From: a virus
Taxonomy: Duplodnaviria > Caudoviricetes
Length of the DNA: 43,449 bases
IMG/VR virus record: IMGVR_UViG_3300037714_000077
Span: 1-43,449 of that record
Reading direction: 5' to 3' (one strand)
Shown here: piece by piece, positions 9,391 through 18,892 of the stretch
How positions within the stretch are numbered: position 1 is the first letter of the stretch
Layout of the letters: each line of letters begins with the position of its first letter
Position numbers and translations under genes: made by a program
The notes under the pieces: generated by a model
The model's database searches: none
Told to the model about the DNA's origin: nothing
The model's input: the letters and a program-made list of their open reading frames with translations, nothing else

Positions 9391-10359
9391 ATGGCACAGC
9401 TCGCAACCACGTTCTCCACCTACGATGCCAAGGGCATCCGGGAGGACCTGTCGGACCTGATTTCGGACATCAGCCCGACCGAGACGCCGTTCCAGTCCAA
9501 CATCGGATCGGAGAGCACGGGGAATACGTTCTTCGAGTTCCAGACCGACACTCTCGCAGCCGCCGTCGCGACGAACGCTCAGATCGAAGGTGACGATCTC
9601 GGCAACACGTACACGGCGCTGACCGCAACAACGAGGATCGGCAACTACGCGCAGATCCTCCGCAAGGACTTTCTGATCGCCCGCACAGAGCAGGTGGTCC
9701 GGAAGGCGGGGCGAAGCGATGAGCGCGGCTATCAGGCGGCGAAGGCGGCGAAGGAACTCAAGCGCGACTGGGAGACGTCCCTGCTCGCGAACAACGCAGC
9801 CGTGGCCGGCGACGACACGACCGCCCGCGAGACGGGCGGACTGGTCGCGTGGATCAAGACGAACGTCTCCAGTTCGGCCACGAACTCCGTCGACCCGGTG
9901 TGGAGCACGGCCCCGACCGGAGCAAGGTCGGACGGCACCACGCGGGCGTTCACGGAGACGATCCTGAAGGCCGTCGTCAAGAAGGTGTGGGACAACGGCG
10001 GCGACCCGTCGATTCTCATGGTCGGGTCGTTCAACAAGCAGGCGGTGTCGTCCTTCGCCGGCATCGCGGCGCAGCGCTTCATGGCGCCGGGGTCGGGTCA
10101 GTCCACCATCATCGGTGCGGCCGACCTCTACATCGGCGACTTCGGCGAGCTGTCGATCGTGCCGAACCGCTTCCAGCGGGACCGCGACGGTCTCATCATC
10201 GACCCGTCGCGTGCAAGGGTGCGCGTGCTGGACGGCTACACGCTGCACGAGATGGCGAAGACCGGCGACGGTGACAAGTTCATGCTCACCTACGAAGCCG
10301 GGCTTCAGGTCGACAACGAGAAGGCGTTCGGTCTCGCGGCCGACCTCACGACATCGTAA
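9391..10359 (+). CDS. Major capsid protein (SU10/DUF5309-like)
   Basis: REDLSDLISDISPTETPF, EGDD, NYAQI, KELKRDWE, DFGELSIVPNRF. Confidence 0.93.
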   Translation: MAQLATTFSTYDAKGIREDLSDLISDISPTETPFQSNIGSESTGNTFFEFQTDTLAAAVATNAQIEGDDLGNTYTALTATTRIGNYAQILRKDFLIARTEQVVRKAGRSDERGYQAAKAAKELKRDWETSLLANNAAVAGDDTTARETGGLVAWIKTNVSSSATNSVDPVWSTAPTGARSDGTTRAFTETILKAVVKKVWDNGGDPSILMVGSFNKQAVSSFAGIAAQRFMAPGSGQSTIIGAADLYIGDFGELSIVPNRFQRDRDGLIIDPSRARVRVLDGYTLHEMAKTGDGDKFMLTYEAGLQVDNEKAFGLAADLTTS

Positions 10360-10365
10360 TCCCGT

Positions 10366-10399
10366 GGCCGGGGCGCTGCCTGTACGGGGCGCCCCGGTC
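10366..10399 (+). terminator. GC-rich hairpin after the capsid gene (terminator-like or mRNA stabiliser)
   Basis: GGCCGGGGCGC...GCGCCCCGGTC stem; no U-tract. Confidence 0.45.
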
Positions 10400-10419
10400 C
10401 GAACCGGAGGAATCTAGTC

Positions 10420-10608
10420 ATGGAAACCGCTTCTTTGGCTGAACCGGCATCGCTCGCAACACTCCAGTTCAGAAACCGCGACTCGCTGGATGCATCGGAG
10501 CGCGCTCGCATCGCTGCGTGGCTGAGACAGCAGGCAGACGACGTTGAGTCGTCGGAGCCGTCGGACTACGACGCGCGGTTTCGTGCGCGGATCTTCCCGG
10601 TGACATGA
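10420..10608 (+). CDS. Hypothetical protein
   Basis: GGAGG RBS; ATGA overlap with the next gene. Confidence 0.6.
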   Translation: METASLAEPASLATLQFRNRDSLDASERARIAAWLRQQADDVESSEPSDYDARFRARIFPVT

Positions 10609-10931
10609 GCTGGCACAAGCGGCTGCTGTCTGCCGATCCGGGCGTATACCGGGAATGGTACTGGTCGAACCCGGACACGGGAGATGTCGCGCTCGAAACG
10701 GAATGGTTGGTCGACCCGATCGCGGAAGCGTGCCGGGCGCGGTTCAACCAGTTCGATGAGCGCGCCAACTGGAAGGGCGAAGTGCATCACGTCGGCGTCA
10801 TCCCCCGTTGGGTGATCGAGTACGAGTGGCGGGTGAATCGGCGCAACATGCTGACGGACAAGGAATATGTGCGGCGCTGGGCGAACGACTCGGCGAACAG
10901 CGGCTTCCGCACACGACCGGGGCGCATTTAG
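10605..10931 (+). CDS. Hypothetical phage protein of the post-capsid region
   Basis: VGVIP...RRWANDSANSGFRTRPGRI C-terminus, a pattern recalled from genes after SU10-type capsids. Confidence 0.7.
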   Translation: MSWHKRLLSADPGVYREWYWSNPDTGDVALETEWLVDPIAEACRARFNQFDERANWKGEVHHVGVIPRWVIEYEWRVNRRNMLTDKEYVRRWANDSANSGFRTRPGRI

Positions 10932-10940
10932 GAGGCAACG

Positions 10941-11252
10941 ATGCAATGGATTCGGCGCACGATCTGGTTCGATGGCGAGAACTACAAGGCCGCGTCGGGT
11001 GCGGACATCAGTCAGGTCATCAATGACGCCCTCGTGCTGACGGCGAATCTGGGCGAGACGATCACCGTGGAAGTAGGCGGTGACGATCTCGAAGTGGCAC
11101 CGGGCGCTGACCCGACCAAGCTCCGCGCGCTCGTGGAGAAGGGCGCAGACGCAAAGAAGGCGGCAGAGGCGCGGCGCGAGGCAAAGAAGCTCAAGAAGCA
11201 GCAGGACGCAGAGGACGAGGAAATCGAACGCGAACTGGGCATCCGCGAGTGA
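10941..11252 (+). CDS. Hypothetical protein
   Basis: AGGAGG RBS; charged C-terminal helix. Confidence 0.7.
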   Translation: MQWIRRTIWFDGENYKAASGADISQVINDALVLTANLGETITVEVGGDDLEVAPGADPTKLRALVEKGADAKKAAEARREAKKLKKQQDAEDEEIERELGIRE

Positions 11253-11971
11253 GTCGCCATATCGGTATCGCGATTCCCTGTCAGGATCAGGTCGACGCGT
11301 GGTTTACGCACGACCTGTGTCGCGCAATGGCGACTCACGCCTTTGCGTTCCCGGACGACAACCTGACGCTCTCCATGCACCAGTCCGCATTCCTTGCGGA
11401 AGCGCGGAACGTGCTGGTCAAGGAACTGATCGAGGCCGGTGTCGACTTCGTTGTGTTCCTCGACAGCGACATGCGGTTCCCGCCGACACTGCTGAACGAC
11501 CTGTGCGCGCATGACCTGCCTGTGGTGGCCGCGAACTGTGCGAAGCGGCGGCGACCGATCAGCGCCACGGCACGGAAGGAGAATCCGGACGATCCGACCA
11601 AGCTGGATGCGGTGTGGCCGGACCCGGAGAAGCGGGAAGGCATCGAGAGGATTGCGGTTGTGGGAACTGCCGTCATGGCGATCAAGATGGAGGTGTTCTT
11701 TCAGGTCGAGTATCCGTGGTATATGACTCCGTGGCATCCGGAGGACCAGCGGTTTGTCGGTGAAGATCTCTACTGGTGTGCGCAACTGAAAAAGGCCGGC
11801 GTGCCACTCTACATCGACCATGCCGTTTCGTGGCAGGTCGGACACATCGGCCAGTACGAGTACCGCATGCAGGATGTGCTGGGCGAGCGCGAGTTGGCCC
11901 GGCAGGGGCGCTGGGATCATTTGCGCCCTGAAATCGAGAATGGTCGCCCACTGATCGAGGTGGCGAAGTGA
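11249..11971 (+). CDS. Glycosyltransferase, GT-A fold (GT2-like)
   Basis: ARNVLV, VVFLDSDMRFP, GEDLYWC, GHIG. Confidence 0.8.
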   Translation: MSRHIGIAIPCQDQVDAWFTHDLCRAMATHAFAFPDDNLTLSMHQSAFLAEARNVLVKELIEAGVDFVVFLDSDMRFPPTLLNDLCAHDLPVVAANCAKRRRPISATARKENPDDPTKLDAVWPDPEKREGIERIAVVGTAVMAIKMEVFFQVEYPWYMTPWHPEDQRFVGEDLYWCAQLKKAGVPLYIDHAVSWQVGHIGQYEYRMQDVLGERELARQGRWDHLRPEIENGRPLIEVAK

Positions 11972-12582
11972 GCATCGCGACGAATGCCGAACTGGAAACC
12001 GCGATCGCGAATTGGCTCGACCGCGACGATCTGACGGCACGCGTCCCCGAGTTCGTGGTCCTTGCGGAAGCACGCTTCAACCGCGTTATCCGCGCGCCCG
12101 ACATGCTGACCCGCGACGATGCGTTCGCGGTGGCCAGCCAATACGAGACGCTCCCCGCGGGCTTCCTCGAGGCGAGCCGTTTCGTGCTGCTGACCTCGCC
12201 CGTGGTGGAGTTGACGTTCCTGACGCCGCAGGAGATGTCCGACGTGCGGCACCGTCGCACGTCAGCCGGCAAGCCGGCCTATTTCTCCGTCGTCGGCGAC
12301 AGCTTCGAGTTCCTGCCGACTGCGGGCGATTCGTACACGGCATCGCTCCTGTACTACGCGCGCCTGACTCCGGTCGCAACATCGTTCAACTGGCTCGCCA
12401 CCGCACACCCGGACATCTACCTGTTCGGCGCACTGTGCGAGGCAGAGCCGTACATCAAGAACGATGAGCGGGTCATCCTCTGGCAGTCGCGGCTCGATCG
12501 CGCGCTCGCGGAACTCAACATCCTGAACGACCGAAAGCGCGTGCCGGGCGCCGCGCGTCCCCGAACGAGAGGGTTTGAATGA
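11968..12582 (+). CDS. Head-tail adaptor protein
   Basis: WLDRDDLTARVPEFVVLAEARFNR, NWL...PDIYLFGAL.EA.PY. Confidence 0.8.
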   Translation: MSIATNAELETAIANWLDRDDLTARVPEFVVLAEARFNRVIRAPDMLTRDDAFAVASQYETLPAGFLEASRFVLLTSPVVELTFLTPQEMSDVRHRRTSAGKPAYFSVVGDSFEFLPTAGDSYTASLLYYARLTPVATSFNWLATAHPDIYLFGALCEAEPYIKNDERVILWQSRLDRALAELNILNDRKRVPGAARPRTRGFE

Positions 12583-12908
12583 TGAGGCCACCCGTTACAG
12601 GCGTAATCGACGCAACTGGGCAGACGCTACTCGCGATCCCGGTGTCCGACCGCGTGTGCTCGTACCTGATCCAGTTCGAGAGCGCATCGTTCAGCGGTTC
12701 GGTGACACTGAAGGGCGCTCTGAGCGGGTCGGGATACACGCAGACCGCGCTCGCGTACAAGAACATGGCGACGGGCGCAAGTGCGACGGACGCCATCACG
12801 GGGAGCGGGTTGGTGCTGGTGGATGCGTCCGGGTGCGATGTCGTGCTCGACTGCACATCTGCCGCCTCCGGAGAACTCGCGTTCACCGCGATTCCGCTGG
12901 TCGGGTAG
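12579..12908 (+). CDS. Putative virion structural protein (beta-rich)
   Basis: Position in the tail module; beta-strand-rich composition. Confidence 0.6.
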   Translation: MMRPPVTGVIDATGQTLLAIPVSDRVCSYLIQFESASFSGSVTLKGALSGSGYTQTALAYKNMATGASATDAITGSGLVLVDASGCDVVLDCTSAASGELAFTAIPLVG

Positions 12909-12911
12909 CGC

Positions 12912-13772
12912 ATGATCGCCGGCCGCATACCGCTTCTGGCGCGGTCGTTCGGTGGCGCTGGCCGCCCTGCTGGCGGCGGCGGCGGTGGCTCGCCACGCAC
13001 GGACCTCATCTTCAAGTCGGACTGGACCGGATCGCTTGGTTCGTCATCGACCGTGCTGCTTAACGGTGTGTGGAGCATCACAAGCACCAACTTTGATGAC
13101 GGACGTATGGAGGTCATCGAATCGACGGGGCTCGACTTCCCGAGCCCGAACGTGCTTCGCGTCGATGCGGTTGAGGACCGGGATGCCTTCGCTGAGATGC
13201 GTGCCACGGGACTCGGAGTGCCCGCCGAGGGGACGTACAGGACGTGGCGGTGGTATTTCCGGTGCGTGCAACCCAACGGCCTATCGGACATCAACACACA
13301 CCCGATCGAGGATGCGAACGGTCTCACGTCGCACGCACAACAGTGGGACTTCAGCCCTATCAACGGCACCGACGAATACACACCGCGTTACGATACGGTT
13401 GCGGGCGGCGGCGGGCAATACGCACCACCCGCCGTGCCGAAGGGTGTCACGCACCGCTGCGAGATCCAACTACTGCGCGTCAATGCGACGCAGTTTCGTC
13501 TGTACGGTTCCATTTTCGATACCGATGACAATCTCCTGTACGACAGTGCTGACTTCGTGAATGAGATCACGCCGTTCGACAATCTTGGTGATGGCCTGTT
13601 CACGTTTGCTGACATCGACGCGCTGGACGGCCTAACCTGCGGGCTGAATGGCATCACGCCGCCCGCTCCCTTCCCGTTCACTTATGCGTACGAGGGCTGC
13701 TTTGCGGTTCGCGACTCGTCGACCGATGAGTTGATCGGCCCGTATCACCCGGACGAGAGCGTGGCGGCATAA
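12912..13772 (+). CDS. Putative virion protein, possible lectin/ConA-like domain
   Basis: Gly linker followed by an aromatic, acidic beta-rich domain. Confidence 0.55.
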   Translation: MIAGRIPLLARSFGGAGRPAGGGGGGSPRTDLIFKSDWTGSLGSSSTVLLNGVWSITSTNFDDGRMEVIESTGLDFPSPNVLRVDAVEDRDAFAEMRATGLGVPAEGTYRTWRWYFRCVQPNGLSDINTHPIEDANGLTSHAQQWDFSPINGTDEYTPRYDTVAGGGGQYAPPAVPKGVTHRCEIQLLRVNATQFRLYGSIFDTDDNLLYDSADFVNEITPFDNLGDGLFTFADIDALDGLTCGLNGITPPAPFPFTYAYEGCFAVRDSSTDELIGPYHPDESVAA

Positions 13773-14893
13773 TGGCACACGTCGTAACGACACCATTCAA
13801 TCGGCAGTTTAACGCCGCAGGCGATGCTGTAACAGCGACCATTGACGCCGGTTCGAGTGCGGATCGCGTAATGCTGGTGCTAGTGCAGTGGCCAAACTCC
13901 GCTGCGCACGCAATGCCTGACGCAGGGGTGACGTATAACGGCGTGGGTATGACAGCCCTCGGCGCGACTGTAGCAGCGAATGGGCTATCTACCCGCCTGT
14001 ACCGTCTCGTCGCTCCAGCGTCAGGCTCCAATGACGTATCTGTCAATCCCGATGCCGGGGTGGGCGATGTCGAGGTCATCATTACCGTTGCGGTTTACGA
14101 CGACGTTGACCAGACGACGCCGGAGGATGGCTACACCACTGCCACCGGCACGGACACTACCGCCGACCTGACCGTTACGAGCGCGACGGGCGACACGCCT
14201 GTGTTCTTCGCTGCCGTCCGTGCCCTCGGGCCGGGCAGTATGGCGGAGACCAATTACACGGAGCGCGTTGATGCGGTCAACACGGTCTCCGGTTCGTCCA
14301 GCCAGCACCAACAGATCGGTGGCGGTGAAGGTACAGGCGCGGCGTCTGTCGCGTTTACCGGCACCATCACGGCGACCGCTGTTAACGGGTGGAACGCGCT
14401 TGGGCTTAACCTTAACGCTGCCCCCGCCGGTCCAACTGCGGCATTATCTGGTACCGTCGAGCCGTCCGCTACCGAGTCCGAGATCGTGGCCGGCGGCGAG
14501 ACGGTCATCCTGACGCTGACCGACGATACGTGGGTGGCGAACGGTGCGACGTTCAACGCGCAGCGTCAGAACATCATCAATGGCATCGTCTCGGCGCAAA
14601 GCGAGACGAACGGTTGGAATGCAGAGCGTAGTAACATCGGCGTCACTGCTGTAGCGCGGACCAGTTCTACGGTGGTCACGATCACGCTGCCCGCGCTCGC
14701 AAACTACGCCATCACTGCGACCGAAACGCTGACGGTCACGATCCCGGCAACCGCGCTCGTGGGCGGTGAGGCCATTGTCGCATCGCCGACGTTCCAGATC
14801 ACGGCAACCGCCGCGCCCGGCACGGTCGTAGGCTCACTGCTCAAGAGCAAGCATCTAGGCAATCCGTTCATTGGCAGCCCGTTCGTTCGATAA
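13772..14893 (+). CDS. Putative virion protein with Thr/Ala-rich Ig-like beta-sandwiches
   Basis: T/A/V-rich; TAATG overlap with the upstream gene. Confidence 0.65.
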   Translation: MAHVVTTPFNRQFNAAGDAVTATIDAGSSADRVMLVLVQWPNSAAHAMPDAGVTYNGVGMTALGATVAANGLSTRLYRLVAPASGSNDVSVNPDAGVGDVEVIITVAVYDDVDQTTPEDGYTTATGTDTTADLTVTSATGDTPVFFAAVRALGPGSMAETNYTERVDAVNTVSGSSSQHQQIGGGEGTGAASVAFTGTITATAVNGWNALGLNLNAAPAGPTAALSGTVEPSATESEIVAGGETVILTLTDDTWVANGATFNAQRQNIINGIVSAQSETNGWNAERSNIGVTAVARTSSTVVTITLPALANYAITATETLTVTIPATALVGGEAIVASPTFQITATAAPGTVVGSLLKSKHLGNPFIGSPFVR

Positions 14894-14908
14894 CCCATGA
14901 GGGGAACC

Positions 14909-15460
14909 ATGAGGCACGGCACACTGATAGACGGCACGGGCTCCAATTTCTTCTTCTTCAACACCGTCGACACGGACGGAGCCCCGATCACGCTGGCCGG
15001 CTCGCCCAGTCTCGCGTGCAATATCAACGGCGGCACTGCGGCCACGGCAGGGCTCACGCTGTCGGTCGACCACGGCACCGTGACCGGAAAGCACCGGGTC
15101 GCGATCGACGTGGACAACGCCACGCTTGCGCTCGTGGATGGCGATGTGGTGGAGGTTTACATCGCTGCTGGTACCGTGGACGCTGTGTCCGTGGTCGGTG
15201 CGGTGGTGGGCGTGTTCACGATCAGCGACGGCTCGCTACTGGCGCAGACGCTGACGGACATCGATGAGCAGGTCGACACCGCGATCAGCAACGCGGCGCT
15301 GGCAACGGCGGCTGCTGCCACCGCGATCGAGGCGGACACGCAGGACATTCAATCTCGACTGCCGGCTGCGCTGAACAACGGCGCCATGCCGGCTGACGTG
15401 CAGCGGGTCAACGATGTCGCGCTCGTTGGTGACGGTTCCGCTACTCCGTTCAATGTATGA
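14909..15460 (+). CDS. Putative virion structural protein
   Basis: GAGGGG RBS; beta-rich N-terminus and helical C-terminus. Confidence 0.65.
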   Translation: MRHGTLIDGTGSNFFFFNTVDTDGAPITLAGSPSLACNINGGTAATAGLTLSVDHGTVTGKHRVAIDVDNATLALVDGDVVEVYIAAGTVDAVSVVGAVVGVFTISDGSLLAQTLTDIDEQVDTAISNAALATAAAATAIEADTQDIQSRLPAALNNGAMPADVQRVNDVALVGDGSATPFNV

Positions 15461-15645
15461 ACGATACGATCTGGGCTGACGGCGTGTGGGCAGAAGGTGT
15501 CTGGGCAGAAGGTGTCTGGGCTGCGCGCGGCACGGCAACGCCCAGTGACGGCCTGCACTTCCGCTCGAACAGCTTCAACCGCCGACGTTTCGGTGGACTG
15601 TTCGCAATGGTGATCCTGACGCTGACAGGAGTCGGTCATGGCTGA
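15457..15645 (+). CDS. Small protein with W-A-[DE]-G-V pentapeptide repeats
   Basis: IWADGVWAEGVWAEGVWA; overlaps both neighbours. Confidence 0.55.
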   Translation: MNDTIWADGVWAEGVWAEGVWAARGTATPSDGLHFRSNSFNRRRFGGLFAMVILTLTGVGHG

Positions 15646-16693
15646 CGGGGCGACAACGAACCTGGCATTGGTCCTCCCCGAGGTCGGCGCATCTGCCGAC
15701 ACATGGGGCGCGAAGCTCAACAGCAACTTCATCGATCTGGATGCGCTGTTCGATGCGACCGGCGCGAATCTGGGGCTCGACCATCTCCCGTTCGGCACCG
15801 CGCGTCAGCTTCTCCAGACGAACGCGGGCGCTACGGCGGCAGAGTACACGAGCAACGTCGACGTTCCGGGCACGCTGGATGTTACCGGCGCCGCGACACT
15901 GGACAGCACACTGGGGGTGACGGGAGCCGCCACGCTTGCATCGACGCTGGGGGTGACGGGCGCCGCTACGCTGTCGTCGACGCTGGGGGTCACGGGCGCG
16001 GCCACGCTGTCGGCCACGCTAGCCGTCACCGGAGCCGCTACGCTGTCGAGCACGCTCAGTGTCGCGGGGGCCGTGACGCTTACCGCGGCCTCCGGGTTGA
16101 TCGCGAGCAACACGGCGGACGGCTCAGACTCCAAGTCGGTCGCGCTGACAGGTGGCGGGGCACTCAGTACCGCTCGCGGCGCCTTTGTTTTCGCTTGCGG
16201 GAACGAGCACGCGACTCTCCCCGGCCTTATTCAGGTCGGAGCTGGGAATGTCTCGGGCGCGGCCCTCCAGCTTATGACAGCCGGTACGGAACGACTCGGC
16301 ATCTCGCACGCGGGCGCCGTCACAATCACCGGCACGTTGGGCGTTACAGGTGCCGTGACGCTCACGGACACGCTCGCATGGGGCGGCGGCGCTGCAATCG
16401 CGTCGAGCGACGACCTGACCGACAACGAGATCCTGACGGGCACGACGACATGGCAGCCCGGGGCGGGCACGGTGAACGCGAACGAGGGCGTTCAGACTAC
16501 CGTAGCGGTCGTAGGCGCAGCGGTCGGCGACCTCGTGGTTGTGGCGCAGGTGTTTCAGGCGGACGTCAGTTCCCTCATCAGCGCAGCATGGGTCACGTCG
16601 GCCGATCTGGTCGGGATCTCTGTCAGGAACGTGAGCGGTACGAATGCGACGACCACGAGCCGCGCGCAGCGCGTCTTTGTCATTAAGCCCTGA
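15638..16693 (+). CDS. Tail fibre protein
   Basis: TTNLALVLPEVGASADTWGAKLNSNF head-binding-like start; 12-aa TLGVTGAATLxS repeats. Confidence 0.8.
   Translation: MADGATTNLALVLPEVGASADTWGAKLNSNFIDLDALFDATGANLGLDHLPFGTARQLLQTNAGATAAEYTSNVDVPGTLDVTGAATLDSTLGVTGAATLASTLGVTGAATLSSTLGVTGAATLSATLAVTGAATLSSTLSVAGAVTLTAASGLIASNTADGSDSKSVALTGGGALSTARGAFVFACGNEHATLPGLIQVGAGNVSGAALQLMTAGTERLGISHAGAVTITGTLGVTGAVTLTDTLAWGGGAAIASSDDLTDNEILTGTTTWQPGAGTVNANEGVQTTVAVVGAAVGDLVVVAQVFQADVSSLISAAWVTSADLVGISVRNVSGTNATTTSRAQRVFVIKP
15871..16085 (+). repeat. About 6 tandem 36-bp coding repeats in the tail fibre
   Basis: Repeated TL(D/G/A/S)V(T/A)GA(A/V)TL units. Confidence 0.8.
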
Positions 16694-17223
16694 TGGATGA
16701 CCTGCCGCCTTGGGTCATTATGCAGACCCAGAACGCGGTTGTGCGGTCGGTACTCGAGGAAATGTTCGGCAATGGGCGATTTCGGGCTGATCTGGATGCG
16801 GTGTTCAGGCAGGGCGACAAGCGGCCTCCGTTCAAGGCGTACATCGGCGATGCGGAATCGCTGGCCGGAATCAACGCCGCACGGACCGATAAGGTGCTGA
16901 TGAACGCGAACGAGGGGGCGGCGGCCATGTACGACTCGCCGAACGTCGGCGGCATCTTCGTGGACGTGGACCGGCTGCACGAAGCGGTCGGTCAGGACTC
17001 GGCGCAGGCTCGCGAGTTGGTCCGCGATGCGTTCCTGCACGAGTTCGCGCACCTGTACCCGGTCGCACAGTCGAGGGACATGAGCGCGCGGACGGGTGAT
17101 CCGAAAGTCGGGTCACGGAATCAGGCGAAGCATCCGGTCATGCAGGGTGAGAACCGATTGCGGGCATTGTTCGATCTGCCGGCAAAGAGCGTATATGGAC
17201 TCATGGGGATGATGGGGCGATGA
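16693..17223 (+). CDS. Zinc metallopeptidase (HExxH, M91/NleD-like motif pattern)
   Basis: FLHEFAH ... GENRLRALFDLPAKSVY. Confidence 0.65.
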   Translation: MDDLPPWVIMQTQNAVVRSVLEEMFGNGRFRADLDAVFRQGDKRPPFKAYIGDAESLAGINAARTDKVLMNANEGAAAMYDSPNVGGIFVDVDRLHEAVGQDSAQARELVRDAFLHEFAHLYPVAQSRDMSARTGDPKVGSRNQAKHPVMQGENRLRALFDLPAKSVYGLMGMMGR

Positions 17224-17411
17224 GCAAAGAGAACGGAACGAAGCGCCACGTCCTGACTGCATCGCAGGCGCAGGTACTCGCGGAGATCGAAATGCGGAAG
17301 CGTGCTGTCAAAAAGGAATGGGACGTCGCCGTCACGCTCGTGGGGCTCGACCCTGCGAAAGTCGTCGGTGGTGAGCTCATCAAGGAACCTCATCTGCTCG
17401 TGGCCGAATGA
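17220..17411 (+). CDS. Hypothetical protein
   Basis: ATGA overlaps on both sides. Confidence 0.6.
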   Translation: MSKENGTKRHVLTASQAQVLAEIEMRKRAVKKEWDVAVTLVGLDPAKVVGGELIKEPHLLVAE

Positions 17412-18892
17412 TATTCCCTCTGAAGCTACCGGCTGGATGCTACAGGGTCGGGACGGAATCCGACGCCCGAGGCCGGTACTACGATGTCAATCTCGTGCGT
17501 TGGCTCGGGGGATCGCTCCGTCCGATCGGCGGATGGCTGCAATGGGGCACGGGCACGTTTACCGGCATCGCTCGCGGCATGTACGCATGGACGGACAATG
17601 CGGGCGTGCGGTGGATCGCGTTCGGCACGGCGGCGAATCTGTACGTCGCCAGTCAGTCGGCCGCGATCAGCGACATCACGCCCGCGTCCGGCTTCACGGC
17701 GGGCAATGAGGACGCTACATCTCAACTCGGGTTTGGGTTCGGCCTCTACGGTTCGGGGGCTTATGGCAGTCTGCGTGAAGATGTCGGGGCGGTGACGCTG
17801 CCGGGTTCATGGGCGCTCGACGGCTGGGGTCAGTACCTGGTCGGCTGCATGGATGGCGATGGCGACATATGGGAATGGCGGCTGGTGACTGCTACGCCGG
17901 CCGCGCAGGTCGCCAACGCTCCGACCGGCTGCACTGGGCTTGTCGTCACGCAGGAGGGGTTCCTGTTCGCGCTCGGGGCCGGCGGCGATCCGCGCAAGGT
18001 GCAGTGGTGCCATCAGCGCGACAATACGGTCTGGACGCCAGCGGCCACGAATCAGGCCGGGTCGTTCGGTCTGGAGACCGATGGGGAGATCCGCTGCGGC
18101 ATCAAGCAGTCGAATGAGACGCTGATCCTGACCAGCACCGACCTATGGGCCGCGCGCTACATCGGCGCCCCGCTCGTCTACGGCTTCCGGCGCGTGGACT
18201 CCGGATGTGGCGCTCCGGGCAACCGTACCGCCATCCGTATCGGCAACCGCGCCGTGTGGCTCGGCTACGGCGGGTTCTTCGTGTACGACGGCAATGTGCG
18301 GAAGCTCGATTGCGAGGTGTGGGACCTGTTCCTCCAGAGGGCATCGAAGACGCAGATCAGCAAGACGTTCGGCTGGCACAATATCGAATACCAGGAGGCT
18401 ACGTGGCTGATTCCGAGCGAGACCGGGAGTGAGTGCGATTTCTATATCACATGGAACTATGCGGAGAACTGGTGGAGCTTTTCCGAGGCGGGGGCGTTCG
18501 ACCGCAGTTGCGGCGTCGGTCGGGGCGTGTTTCAGGAGCCGATCCTGTGCGGCACGGATGGCAATCTGTATCGCCACGAGACGGGCACGGATCATGGCTC
18601 GGAGACGCCGTATGCAGAGACGGGGCCGATAGAACTCGGCAGTGGTGAGCGGTGGATGCACGCGCGCATGCTGATTCCCGATGAGAATACACTGGCCCAG
18701 ACGACGCTCACGTTCAAGACGCGCCACTATCCGACCGCGGCTGAAACGGAGCACGGACCCTACACGATGGCGAATCCCACGTCAGTACGCTTCAGCGGCC
18801 GACAGGCGCGCATGCGAGTGGCTGCTGTTGGTGATACCGACTGGAGACTGGGCACCCCGCGTCTGGATCTGGTGAGTGGGGGCAAGCGATGA
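17408..18892 (+). CDS. Tail stabilisation / tubular protein B (P22 gp10-like beta-propeller)
   Basis: 494 aa, Trp/Gly-rich; LKLPAG, WTPAATNQAG, VRFSGRQARMR, WRLGTPRLD. Confidence 0.8.
   Translation: MIFPLKLPAGCYRVGTESDARGRYYDVNLVRWLGGSLRPIGGWLQWGTGTFTGIARGMYAWTDNAGVRWIAFGTAANLYVASQSAAISDITPASGFTAGNEDATSQLGFGFGLYGSGAYGSLREDVGAVTLPGSWALDGWGQYLVGCMDGDGDIWEWRLVTATPAAQVANAPTGCTGLVVTQEGFLFALGAGGDPRKVQWCHQRDNTVWTPAATNQAGSFGLETDGEIRCGIKQSNETLILTSTDLWAARYIGAPLVYGFRRVDSGCGAPGNRTAIRIGNRAVWLGYGGFFVYDGNVRKLDCEVWDLFLQRASKTQISKTFGWHNIEYQEATWLIPSETGSECDFYITWNYAENWWSFSEAGAFDRSCGVGRGVFQEPILCGTDGNLYRHETGTDHGSETPYAETGPIELGSGERWMHARMLIPDENTLAQTTLTFKTRHYPTAAETEHGPYTMANPTSVRFSGRQARMRVAAVGDTDWRLGTPRLDLVSGGKR

Noticed and set aside
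9016-10248. Long minus-strand ORFs (e.g. 9016-10248, 6083-7138, 11012-12073) and alternate-frame ORFs (15703-16686, 21187-22773)
   Set aside because: Shadow ORFs of high-GC coding sequence overlapping well-supported genes; no recognisable motifs
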